A stretch of 64,000 nt of DNA, from contig CM075990.1 of NCBI GenBank assembly GCA_038087875.1, positions 15,996,001-16,060,000 of the forward strand. The letters are read 5' to 3'. Position numbers and translations under genes: made by a program. The first letter of the stretch is position 1, and each line of letters begins with the position of its first letter. Shown piece by piece: positions 39,401 through 51,780 of the stretch. The notes under the pieces were generated by a model that had not been told where the DNA came from, did not search any database, and was given only the letters and a program-made list of their open reading frames with translations. This DNA comes from Malacoraja senta. Taxonomy: Eukaryota.

Positions 39401-41979
39401 AGGCAAAGTGGCAGACATGGTACAGCTGACATGGCAAGCCAAGGCAAGACGTCTGACATGGTACAGGCCTTTTGACCCACAATGTCTGTGCTGAACATGA
39501 TGCCAAAACTATCACATGATGCCAGCACATAATCCAAATCCCTCCATTCCCCGCACATCCATATGTATATATCCAAGTCTCTTAAATGCCACAATCGTAT
39601 CTGCTTTCAACACCACCCCCTGGCAGCGTATTCCACACACTCACCTCTCTCTGTGTAAAAAAAAACATTCCCTGCACATCTCCTTTTATTTGCCCCTCAC
39701 CTTGAAGCTATGCACTCAAGTATTAGATCTTACCATCCTGGGAACAATGCTAATGTGGGATGTTTTGATAGGAAGCCTTCCAGTACAGAATAATGAATGG
39801 TTATTTTCAACAAGAAATAAATGTAAGTCGTGAAAATATCACATGCCGCTGCAGGAGTTTAACAGCTTGTTATTTGATGTGTAATGTAATGAGTTAACAA
39901 ACATAAGCCAAAAAAATAACATTTTGAAAAATTAAATAATTTCAAGACGAATAGTGAAATATATAATAAAACCATTCAATAAAAATGCTATGCCTGGTTT
40001 CAGAGAAGCAAGCAACATTATCAAATAATCCACAAAAACTAATCAATGACAGTACATTACCTGTGGTGCAAAATAAGTTCATACTTGTAAAAGGCAAGTT
40101 AAATTCCAAGCATTACACAAAGTTGCCACAATTTTAAAAACTTGATTTATGTACAAAAATGAGCATTAAAACATCCAAGTTGTCTTTTGACTTCAGAAAC
40201 TTTCCAAATGTGTAAAAACAAACTCTTTGCTTGTGCATTCACAGTGACCTTTGACTTGCATGACTGTTACGTGGTTTACTCTGTGCAAACTTTGATTTTG
40301 ATTCCTAAAGTTTAGTTTTAACTTGGCATTCAGGGGTTGTTTTTCTAGTCAAATAACATCAGCTCCACTCACATTTGTGCTTATTTGAATGCACAGGGGT
40401 TGGTTTTACACACTAAGTTCTTTTCTTACATCAAATGAAGCACGGACTTAACATTTCCAAGAACCTTTGCATCACTGCTTCAGTTCTTTCTTTGTAAACC
40501 ATGAACTTTTCTATAAAATCTCCCCCTTGGAGATGTGTCAGCTAAATGTTTATATATAGTTCCAAAATGTTCACTTCATTCAATTTGCAACAGCTTTCTG
40601 TTTCTAATCTGAACTTAAAAAGCATTCATCAAACAAGCAGCATTGTCCTGTGTGAATGGATGCTGTGAACCAGAATAAACAGGCTTTATTCAATCATTCC
40701 TTTGCCCTTTAAGTATCTCAGGCCTAAAGGGAGAAGTCATCTATTACAACGCCTCGCAAAAACAAACAAAGCTGACGCATCACATCAAGAATAAAAACAC
40801 CAATATTCACTAGCATTTCACCTTAACAATAGGAGTTTTCCCCCTCGTTACTTAATAGTCACAAATATGGACGGAAAATAGGCTTTAATCACCCAACCAT
40901 TCTCAAAGATCAGCACGCAAATAAATATATAACACAGAAGGAATGTTTTGCATCTAACTTGGCCAGCTAAATCAAGAACCCAAAGAACGTCCTTAACATA
41001 AGGTAAACACTTATAAATGATTATGATGATACCTTTCAGTAAATAAAAGTTTTTTCATAATTTGCGAAGAGAAGGAAAGCCTGAGTGTCCCACTTGTACC
41101 CTGCTAGTTTATAGTAAAAATAATTTTAAAAAAAGAGTCCTATACCCAGAAGAATTCAATTTAATGACTCTTGATATCCATTGAGGACAGTCAAGATTGC
41201 TCAGGAGAAACAAAGTTCACACTAGGCATGGAGGAAATCCTGATTTGAATCAGCATGAAATACAAGGTACATTAATCAAAACACTGACATAATTGGGCTG
41301 AAGTATATTTTGCAGGTATATTTTAACCAAAAATGTCTTTCTCAAGAAAAATCAAACACAAGAACACACGAAAGCCAGCTGGAGTAGGTCACCTGGTCCC
41401 TTGAGCATGCTCCACTATTCAATAAGATCATGGCAGATCCACATCAGGACTCAACTCTGTCCATTTTCCAGATCCCCATAGCTATCAAACCCCCAATCCT
41501 TGAAAAACATATCAACTCCATGTTAAATACTTCTATACAGCGGCATGGTGGAGCAGCGAGAGAGGTGCTGCCTTAAAGCGCCAGAGACTCAGGTTCAATC
41601 CTGACTACGGATGCTGTCTGTACGGAGTTTGTACGTTCTTCCTGTGACCACGTGGGTTTTCTCCGGGTGCTCTGGTTTCCTCCTACACTCCAAAGACGTG
41701 TTCGTAGGTTAATTGGCTTTGTTTTTAAAAAAAATGTAAATTGTCCCTCGTATGTAGGAGTTCCAGTGTTTACAGGGATCACTGGTTGGCGTGCACACAG
41801 TGGGCCGAAGGGTCTGTTGACGCACTCTATCTCTAAACTAAACTAAATAGCTAGCCTATAGAGAAGATTCACCGCTGTTTCGAAAAGCATTTTCAAATGG
41901 TATTTCTGCTTTCCCATATTGGATAACGTGGGGTCCGATCATTCATCATCTCTTAATGCAACTGTTACTGTTAAGCTAG

Positions 41980-43060
41980 CATTCCAGGCAGTCCCTTGAG
42001 ATGAAGGATGACTTGCCTTCACTCCAATATTTAGAGTTCTGAAGTGATTTACAATGCTACTGCAGGAAAGGCAGATGCTTCCATACATGGGGCAGGGCAC
42101 ATGATGTCTATCCATTAAGTAGGTAGGTGGTTTGTGAAATGCCCTAGTCCTCCTACTGTTTAGATTGGACTTCCGTATGCTACTGACTTGTCGACTCAAG
42201 ATTTGAAAGTCATTTCAAATACCTCGCCATTTTGAGCAGTCATGGACCTGACATTGCCAGGACTCAGGGGGGTGATACATTTCCCCCCAAAGATGATTTG
42301 AGAACTCCCTCAATCCTCTCCTGTCAACGTGATATCTTTCCATGTACTGAGCTTACAACTGAGCATCCATTTCACACGGCTGGTGCTGGATATGAGAAAA
42401 ATATGGTCAGCCCAACAGAGACAACTAAAAATAATTAGGGTCTCAGTGCTGGGAAGGGTGACCTGGATGAGGATGCTGTGCACATTGAGCTTGTGGTCTT
42501 CGTTTTCTGTTCTTCTGGACATAGGTTTTCTGCTGACTTTGACCTCAAGGTGCCTGTAGAGCAACATTTCCTTTGAATCAAGGCGAGGCTTCCAAACTGT
42601 AGATGTCTCATGTTTACAGTTAATTAGTCTCTGAATATCCTGCTCATCCTTATCAACCTGTGCTGAAGAATCTTGGTATCATTTATTAACAGGTCAGCCT
42701 GGAGAGTTGAAGAATGGCAGCAAGGATTGCAGCAGGTGCTGCCAAGTGGTCTTGCACTCATTGGCATTTAGAAAGAAGATGATCTCCAGAAATGTTGGCC
42801 TTCGTTGCGCTCTGGAGCCAATCACACCTGAAGATTGTATATTTTTTCAACATAGGCTGAGGTCTCGCAGGAGATCAGTCCATCTGCCTGTCGGAGACGG
42901 ACCGTATTTTTTTTCCCAAGATTGAAATCCTCATTAGCCTCGCACATAGTTTCTCGGGTCAAAGTGTGAACTCTAATGACCAGGATACTCGTACCATGTT
43001 ACAGTGAGCTGAAGAGTCGTCAAGTGTGCACGAATGCCACTAGAGTAGTCATTGAAATGC
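41980..43060 (-). mobile_element. Degenerate RTE-clade LINE remnant
   Basis: SILIQVTLPSTETLIIFSCLCWADHIF resembles the RTE C-terminal SVL..A..PSIEAL....LRWAGHV region; boundaries approximate. Confidence 0.65.
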
Positions 43061-44787
43061 CAGGCTAACTCTTTCTTGATGGCAAAGAAAGAGTTGGTGT
43101 AAATAATACTCTTTTCACCACTCCAGTACATGGCGTCTCCACTACATTTACTGGAAAACTACTGTCAGCTTGTTATGCACTTGTCCTTCAGGGAGTAGTA
43201 CAGAATTCAGCAACAAAGATAATACAAAAGATTAAAGTAAATGTGCACAGATTATTGTGCAAAAACACTTAGGATTGTAATAAATTGTCAATTTAGGAAG
43301 AAAAAGTCTAAAATGAACTTTTAATGGATGATTATAATTTGGCAGATCAGAGCATACAAAAGAACGATTTATAATTAATGCATTGCTCATTGAGCCTAAA
43401 TCTTCCCTGAAACTTTTATAGAAAGCAAATCTCTTCTTTCTCCCATTATTCAGCCTGACAAAAAAGATGTATTCAATTATTTAACTCCCTTCACAAAGAA
43501 CATGATTATACCAAGCCCTAAAGTGACTCAACTTGGCAGTGTCAGGCAGATATATAACACCACTGAATTTCACATTGATCAGGTTACACAATTATAAAAG
43601 TAAAGCCTTTTTCATGGTGCAGGATAGGTAGATCATGGCATTTAGCTCTTGAAAAGTGCCCTTGGTTTGAAGATTTAGGAAAACAACAAGCAATCATGTT
43701 ATAATATGCACGGGCACCCTATGAACTGGAGTTTCTCATAATTTGAATGTGAATACAAGGGCTCTTCCATTATCAGTGTATGACAAAATTAGCAAAGGTA
43801 TAAATATTGTATTTCTCACTGATACTGAAAGGAGGCCCTTAACTTGTCATGTTATAAAATTTCCTTCAGTCATCTAATGACAAAGATTCCCATTCCCCTG
43901 ACATCAGTCTGAAGAAGGATCTCGACCCAAAACGTCACCCATTCCTTCTCTCCAGAGATGCTGCCTGTCCCGCTGAGTTACTCCAGCATTTTGTGTCTAC
44001 CTTCAAGAGAAAGGGAGTGTTTGGTTAATGGCATCTTTTCGAAGTTTTCTACTTGTTAGGTAAAGAATGAGAGGAGAATGAGGCCCAATGAATTATTCTT
44101 ACATTTTACTTTAGCTCAAACGTATTTTACTGTTGCAAGAAAAATGGACAAGAATGTGAGGTGGCTGACACGTGATACTGGTTTACAAAAAAAAATGTGC
44201 TGGAGTAACTCAGCAGGTCAGGCAGCATCATAACAATCTTCTGGTTTGATGCTAAAGATGATCAAGTTCATGTTGGTCAAATAGAGCCTGAAGAATAACA
44301 ACATTAGACTTCCTTATATATCTACAAGACCAGACAAATAGTTGATTTCCCAACTGAACAAATGTACCAAGACTGCTGCATTTCTGAAATACCACCCTGG
44401 AGTGTATGTTATTGCCAGTTATTGACTGGTTCTCGAGTACATTTCTCATCGGAAAGTAGCTGTATTGGTGGAGTATATCAATCGTAAAGCCGCAGGTATG
44501 CAAACGTCATCATCGCCAATGCCAGATCCTCGCCTTATTCCAAATATAATAAACACTGAACACAGAATGCGCTGGTTTTATTCCTCCATTCCTTTACATC
44601 CCAGCAACATGTGTCCTCTGACCTTTTTGACTCATAGTAACATGTGATACATTTAAATACAACATCAGTTACCATGACATCCGTCCCTTATCAAACATAA
44701 AGGATTTCCGCATCATATTGCAAACTGAACATTCCAACACTATTTAGGATATGGCATTCATTAGATAGATAACGCATAATTTTCACG

Positions 44788-45200
44788 TCAATACATCTCA
44801 TCGTCCTCATATCGCCTGGGTGGTCTCTGATGCTTTGGTCTGGCCTTTGCATCTATTTGCGCTGGTACTGGATTCTGGTCCTGTTCCATCAGTTCCTCAT
44901 CTCGGTTCTGGTTTCGCAGAGTCTCCTCCTCAGACTCTTGCATGCATGGATTATCAATTTGGTAGTCTTCAGTCTGATGCCCCACAGTCTCAACTTCAGT
45001 TTGCAGCGTCCCTGGACTCTCACAATAGTGATACTTTTTCACATAAGGTGTGTTCCTATCATATCTGACTCTTCCTGGTGACTGGACCGTCACCTTATTT
45101 CTTTGTCTGGACATCACTGTGTATGGTTGTGGACTGCTTGGACTGCTCCCACCTCAATCCAGCTTTGGATATAATGAATACGAGTTTGCATCAGCATTGA
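44788..45200 (-). mobile_element. Degenerate Gypsy/Ty3 LTR-retrotransposon pol C-terminal remnant
   Basis: SRQRNKVTVQSPGRVRYDRNTPYVKKY...RPKHQRPPRRYED resembles the post-integrase tail; no LTRs seen. Confidence 0.55.
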
Positions 45201-45684
45201 AGCATCAACCTGCTAGTGAACCTCCAGGGAGAATCAATGTCATTCACGTACAACAAGGCGGAACCAATATCATTGAGGTTCACTGAAAATACTGCTCAAT
45301 CCTATTTTTTCTCTGCTCAAATTATGTGAGTACTTACAAACAGCAAATAATGAGTCGAGGCATCAGTTACTTAAAGACATTCTTGTTTTAAATGTACAGC
45401 TACAGATAGGAAATCATATCCAGACAAAATCTGAATAAACCATATTATGTCATGCACTTGGGACAATTCAACAGGCAATCCCTATGGACAATTGGACTGC
45501 CAAGCTAAATATACACTCTTGTGGATACTGGAGGAAAGCTGTAATGGGAATAGTGCATATCTTAATGCTTTAAAAAAATAAAGATCATTAGACAAGAAAG
45601 CTGCAAAGCTTTTATTTATCGATTTATCTTTTATTTATTGATTTTATTTATTTAATTTAAGTAGTCCTTTGCACCTCATTTATC

Positions 45685-45930
45685 CTTATCAGGCAACTGA
45701 ACCATCCTCTCACCAACTAGAGATCTCTCCATCTACCCCATTGGACACCTTCAAACTATCTTTAATCGGACTTCACCAGACTTTATCTTGCACTTAATGT
45801 TATTCCCTTTATCCTGTATGTACATTGTGGATGGCTTTATTGTAATCCTGTACAGTCTTTTCGCTGACTGGTTAGCACGCAACAAAAGACTTTTCACTGT
45901 CCTTCAGTACACACGACAATAATACAACAA
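45685..45930 (+). mobile_element. Rex1-like LINE 3' end
   Basis: ATCAGGCAACTGAAC...TTTTCACTGT...GTACACACGACAATAA terminal pattern. Confidence 0.55.
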
Positions 45931-46274
45931 ACCCTTCCCTGGTCCCTTCTATTTCATTATTCATTTTCCAGCCAATGCTTTGTCTTTCTGGGCCAGAATA
46001 AAAACACAAAATTAACTGTATACCCTGAACCAAAATAACAATAATCCTTTTGACTCTTCTTATTTCTTGGATACAGATCTGCTGAATCCCCTCCTCATCT
46101 GCGATTATGCCCACTATTCTGGTTTACTGTCACACATGCCAGAGGGGGGGGGGGGGGGGGGGATTCTGTAATACAAGTCGCTAAGATAACGCAAAAAATC
46201 TCTAGCATACAATTGTGAGAAAAAAAATCAGCTGCTTGGTAATGAAAAGCTGATAGCATGTACTCCGCACTCAC

Positions 46275-46458
46275 TTGTTGCTGCTGACAACGCAGGTCAG
46301 TGATCTCTTTCAGATCCTCCTCATGGAGTCTCTTCAGTTCCTCACAGGTCTGCTGTGCATGATTGTGTTCCCGTAACAACTGGGAGTTCTCCCTCTTGAT
46401 GACCTCCATATCTTCCTTGAGTTGTGACTGATCCATTCGCAGGCGATTGTGTAACGTG
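46275..46458 (-). CDS. DLG5: DLG5 exon, TLHNRLRMDQSQLKED...EITDLRCQQQQ (coiled coil)
   Basis: cgtcag|CACGTTA...CAACAA|gtgagt; 184 bp, phase 2-0. Confidence 0.95.
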
Positions 46459-47479
46459 CTGACGGAATTAAAAAAGGTTTTGCGTGTTAGGAATTGATAA
46501 CTGAACCGCAGGATCCCCGGTTGAACACATTGAATAATGGTTAACAAATTTAGAATATTACTGTAAATAATTTACAATTAATTAAAAGCACTGCCTCCAT
46601 TTTGCAAGTTAAACGTGTTCTTGTTTATTTCAGATGTATTGACCTCTGATCTCTTCCTGCCTCAACAGAGGTGAATCATATGTATACAAAACTTTGCCAG
46701 AGCCTGATAAGAACAAAATACAAGATAATAGAATTTATATTTCAACATATGTATTTCAACAGTTGTGCAAGTTGCATTTTTCCAAATATTACATTTCAGC
46801 AATATTAATGATCGTAAAGTTTTGTTCCTTAGCCAACCAACAAACTAACAATCTCACAGAAACAAGACAAGATACAAAGTGCGAGAATAACTCAGTGGGT
46901 CAGGCAGCATCTCTGAAGAATGCTGACATTTAGGGTCAGAAGAAGGGTCTCGACCCGAAATGTCACCCATTCCTTCTCGCCAGAGATGCTGCCTGTCCCG
47001 CTGAGTTACTGCAGCATTTTATGTCCCCCTTCCCCAGACTGATTGTTTGAGGGGAGGGAAGAAAGCTAGAAGAGATGGGGCAGATAAAGTATGACAAGTA
47101 ATAGGTGGATACAAGTGAGGGAGTTGTTGGTAGGCAGATGGTTATATTTCCAACGAAGCTGGTACTGAGATATTAGAAAATCTCCACCTGTTTGATTATT
47201 AAAATGTCCACAACAGATACCAGATTGGAGACACAAGATGGCTTTACTGTGCAGCCTAGAACAACTCCAGTCCTGAATTACATGGTTCACTCTTATTACT
47301 TTCTAAAGTGCTGCTGGGTGTACTTATTTAATATATGTACTGTACACATGCAAATTGGCTCTGAAACCCACTCCTGCCCCCCAAACCGCAAGGTGACAAG
47401 TTCTGTAAGCTAAGCATTAATGTCAGCCCTCTTGACATTGTTTACTGAAAACAAGTATAGGTAACTAACTGTGCATATA

Positions 47480-49094
47480 CAGTGGCTTGGAAAAGTTTTC
47501 ATACCCCTTGAACTTTTCCACATTTTGTCACGTTACAACCACAAACGTAAATGTATTTTATTGGGATTTTATGTGATAGACCAACACAAAGTGGCGCATA
47601 ATTGTGAAGTGAAAGGAAAATGATACATGGTTTTCAAATTTTTTTACAAATAAAAAACTGAAAAGTGTGGCGTGCAAAAGTATTCAGCCCCCTTTACTCT
47701 GATACCCCTAAATAAAATCCAGTGCAACCAATTGCCTTCAGAAGTCACCTAATTAGTAAATAGAGTCCACTTGTGTGTAATCTAATTTCAGTATAAATAC
47801 AGCTGTTCTGTGAAGGCCTCAGAGGTTTGTTAGAGAACATTAGTGAACAAACAGCATCATGAAGCCCAAGGAACACACCAGACAGGTCAGGGATAAAGTT
47901 GTGGAGAAGTTTAAAGCAGGGTTAGGTTATAAAAAAATATCCCAAGCTTTGAACATCTCACGGAGCACTGTTCAATCCATCATCCGAAAATGGAAAGAGT
48001 ATGGCACAACTGCAAACCTACCAAGACATGGCTGTCCACCTAAACTGACAGGCCGGGCAAGGAGAGCATTGATCAGAGAAGCAGCCAAGAGGCCCATGGT
48101 AACTCTGGAGGAGCTGCAGAGATCCACAGCTCAGGTGGGAGAATCTGTCCACAGGACAACTATTAGTCGTGCACTCCACAAATCGGGCCTTTATGGAAGA
48201 GTGGCAAGAAGAAAGCCATTGTTGAAAAAAAGCCATAAGAAGTCCCGTTTGCAGTTTGCCACAAGCCATGTGGGGGACACAGCAAAGATGTGGAGGAAGG
48301 TGCTCTGGTCAGATGAGACTAAAATTGAAGTTTTGGGCCTAAATGCAAAACGCAATGTGTGGCAGAAAACTAACACTGCACATCACCCTGAACACACCAT
48401 CCCCACTGTGAAACATGGTGGTGGCAGCATCATGCTGTGGGGATGCTTTTCTTCAGCAGGGACAGGGAAGCTGGTCAGAGTTGATGGGAAGATGGATGGA
48501 GCCAAATACAGGGCAATCTTGGAAGAAAACCTGTTAGAGTCTGCAAAAGACTTGAGACTGGGGTGGAGGTTCACCTTCCAGCAGGACAACGACCCTAAAC
48601 ATACAGCCAGAGCTACAATGGAATGGTTTAGATCAAAGCATATTCATGTGTTAGATTGGCCCAGTCAAAGTCCAGACCTAAATCCAATTGAGAATCTCTG
48701 GCAAGACTTGAAAATTGCTGTTCACAGACGCTCTCCATCCAATCTGACTGAGCTTGAGCTATTTTGCAAAGAAGAATGGGCAAAGATTTCAGTCTCTAGA
48801 TGTGCAAAGCTGGTAGAGACATACCCCCAAAGACTTGCAGCTGTAATTGCAGCAAAAGGTGGTTCTACAAAGTATTGACTCAGGGGGGCTGAATACTTTT
48901 GCACGCCACACCTTTCAGTTTTTTATTTGTAAAAAAATTTGAACCATGTGTCATTTTCCTTCCACTTCATAATTATGCACCACTTTGTGTTGGTCTATCA
49001 CATAAAATCCCAATAAAATACATTTACGTTTGTGGTTGTAACGTGACAAAATGTGGAAAAGTTCAAGGGGTATGAATACTTTTCCAAGCCACTG
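47480..49094 (+). mobile_element. Full-length Tc1-family DNA transposon (Passport/Eagle-like, IR/DR type)
   Basis: TA|CAGTGGCTTGG...CCAAGCCACTG|TA; ~210-bp TIRs with inner and outer AAAAGT(A/T)TTCA direct repeats; central transposase ORF. Confidence 0.97.
47859..48878 (+). CDS. Tc1 DD34E transposase, 339 aa, uninterrupted
   Basis: Paired-like HTH N-terminus, ARRKPLL, WSDETK, FQQDNDPKH, SPDLNPIENLW; 34 residues between the second D and the E. Confidence 0.96.
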   Translation: MKPKEHTRQVRDKVVEKFKAGLGYKKISQALNISRSTVQSIIRKWKEYGTTANLPRHGCPPKLTGRARRALIREAAKRPMVTLEELQRSTAQVGESVHRTTISRALHKSGLYGRVARRKPLLKKSHKKSRLQFATSHVGDTAKMWRKVLWSDETKIEVLGLNAKRNVWQKTNTAHHPEHTIPTVKHGGGSIMLWGCFSSAGTGKLVRVDGKMDGAKYRAILEENLLESAKDLRLGWRFTFQQDNDPKHTARATMEWFRSKHIHVLDWPSQSPDLNPIENLWQDLKIAVHRRSPSNLTELELFCKEEWAKISVSRCAKLVETYPQRLAAVIAAKGGSTKY

Positions 49095-50523
49095 TATATT
49101 TACACCCAAAAGTCACTGACATCAGTCTTCTATAAAGTGTGAAATGGTAGCTTGTCATCTAACTATCCAATGTCAGGTGACTAGATGCTATCAATGCCAA
49201 GAAATCCTTTACTTGGATCATAGACCATAGTGGGCAGTGTTGCTGCCTTACAGCGCTTGCAGAGTCGGAGACCCGGGTTTGATCCAGACTACGGGTGCTG
49301 TCTGTAAGGAGTTTGTACGTTCTCCCCTTGACCCCGTGGATTTTCTCCGAGATCTTCGGTCTCCTCCCACACTCCAAAGACGTACAGGTTTGCAGGTTAA
49401 TTGGATTGAATTTGTTTACTTGGTATGTGTAAATTGTCACTAGTGTGTGAGGGCTTGTGTTAATGTGCGGGGATCTCGGTGGGCAGAAGGGCCTGTTTCC
49501 GCGCTGTATCTCTAAACTAAACCAGCTAAACAAATAGACTGAACGACAAGTATTTAGTCCAATTCTGTTATGTTCAACAAAATCTCTTGGCGAACAAACT
49601 CTATAGGATTGTAATTGACTTTGAATATATGATTAAAAGGACAATATTTGCAAGTTGCAGGTTAGACATGGGGAAAAGGATTAATTAGTTAGTTCTTTCA
49701 AAGATCCCACTCGGGCACAATGACCTTTATAACATGCGACAAGTGTACAGTACCTGTGCTTTCAGAGGGTTAAGGAAATGACATCATTTGTATTGTGTGC
49801 TGAATAATTTGTAATGTAATAGATAACTACAGGGAATTGAAAACTTAATTACAGGACGCCACTTCATGGATTACTGAAAGAAAGGCAGACTGAAAGAAAC
49901 ATAGATTTATTTTTATTCTGCAACTAACACTGGAAAATGAGACCAGATTCGTTCTACCAAAGAGCAATTTGAATTAAGCACTACATAAAGCACTACATTT
50001 ATTCAGCTTCTGTATGTCAGATTGATTAACAATTATTTTCGTGGCACAATTTTTCAATGTACCTAATGCTGAAATGGGTCAGGATCAGGGTGATCTAATG
50101 TTCTGACACTGAGTATATGCAAATTAACATGCTAAAAGACAGTTGCAAAGTTACAATAGCATAACAATTAAAGCAAATAATGGACAAGTGGGACATGTTG
50201 CAAAGGTCTGAAATAGATTTTGATTATAAACCAAGAAACAAAGGCATTCTTACATTTACATTCTTACGTACACTCTGCAATTTAATTATTTAGGTAGCAT
50301 TTTCTCCCAGTTAATTTTGTTTAATAAATTGACAACATCCTATCTGTGCTGTCAATTCTAGATCAATATTCTGCAGTTCTACCATATGGATGTGGGCATT
50401 TAAGAATATCCCAATTTTAATGACAATGAGACCCAGTATGTAAATGCTAATGACAAGGCTGGAGTATTTGCAACCACATTCATTGCAATGCACAAACTGA
50501 TGACCATACATGCTTTAGTCAAA

Positions 50524-51780
50524 TATAATAATAATAATAATAATAGATTTTATTTATATAGCGCTTTTCAGGACTCAAAGTCGCTTTACATTGAGAGTCA
50601 GGAATAAACAAAACAAAATAGAGCAGTAAGACAAAGGGGAGGGGAACATGGGACTAAGGGTATGCAGAGGTGAAGAGATGGGTCTTGAGGCGAGACTGGA
50701 AGATGGTGAGGGACTCAGAATTTCGGACCGGTTGTGGGAGGGAATTCCAGAGCCTGGGAGCTGCCCTGGAGAAGGCTCTGCCTCCAAAAGTGCAGAGGTT
50801 TGCTTTCGGAGTGGAGAGGAGACCAGCTGATGTGGATCTGAGGGACCGTGAGGGTTGGTAGGGGGAGAGGAGGTCAATGAGATAAGGGGGGGCCAGGTTG
50901 TTGAGGGCTTTGTAGGTGAGGACCAGGATTTTGTAGGTGATCCGGTGGGAAATGGGAAGCCAGTGAAGTTCTTTGAGAACTGGGGTGATGTGGTGCCAGG
51001 ATTTGGTGTGGGTAATGAGTCGAGCGGCTGCATTTTGAACCAGTTGGAGTCGGTTGATGCTGCTGGAATTGATTCCGAAAAGAAGAGAGTTACAGTAGTC
51101 CAGTCGGGAGGAGATGAAGGCATGGATGAGTCTTTCAGCAGCGGGGGGTGTGAGAGAGGATCTGATTTTTGCAATGTTGCGGAGGTGAAAAAATGATGTT
51201 TTGACAACATGGCGGATGTGAGGCTCAAGGGAGAGGGTTGATTCAAAGATCACGCCAAGGTTGCGGGCCTGAGGAGATGGGGAGACAGTGGTGCCGTCAA
51301 TAGTGAGAGTGGGGTTGTTAATTTTAGTGAGTGTTGATTTGGAGCCAATGAGGAGAAATTCGGTTTTGCTACTGTTAATTTAAGGAAGTTGAGTTGCATC
51401 CAAGATTTGATGGCTGATAGGCAGGAGTTGATATGGGAGAGAGGGGGGTGGTGGGGGGACTTGGTGCTGAGATAGATCTGGGTGTCATCAGCATAGCAGT
51501 GGAAGTCCAGGTTGAAGTGACGGAGTATATGCCCAAGGGGGAGGATGTAGATGATGAAGAGGAGGGGACCAAGAACGGAGCCTTGGGGAACGCCTTGAGT
51601 GACAGTGGCTGTGGCAGAGGTGTGGTTATGGAGAGAGATGAAGTGGGATCGGTTGGAAAGGTAGGAACGAAGCCAGCTGAGTGCAGAACCTTCAATGCCA
51701 AGGTCCCTAAGTCTGGTGAGCAGGATGTTGTGGTTGACGGTATCGAAGGCTGCACTCAGGTCGAGGAGGATGAGGATATC
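50524..51780 (-). mobile_element. 5'-truncated L2-clade LINE (RT C-terminus, frameshifted) with (ATT)n tail
   Basis: FHCYADDTQIY, LIHAFISSRLDYCNSLL, LQLVQNAAARL, LHWLP, AAPRLWNSLP; (AAT)n at 50524-50545 on +. Confidence 0.93.

Noticed and set aside
42930-43000. Possible third HDV-like motif (minus strand TTCACAC...GGCTAATGAGG) at the RTE remnant's 5' end
   Set aside because: Could not build consistent P1 and P2 helices in the required order; at best a decayed relic
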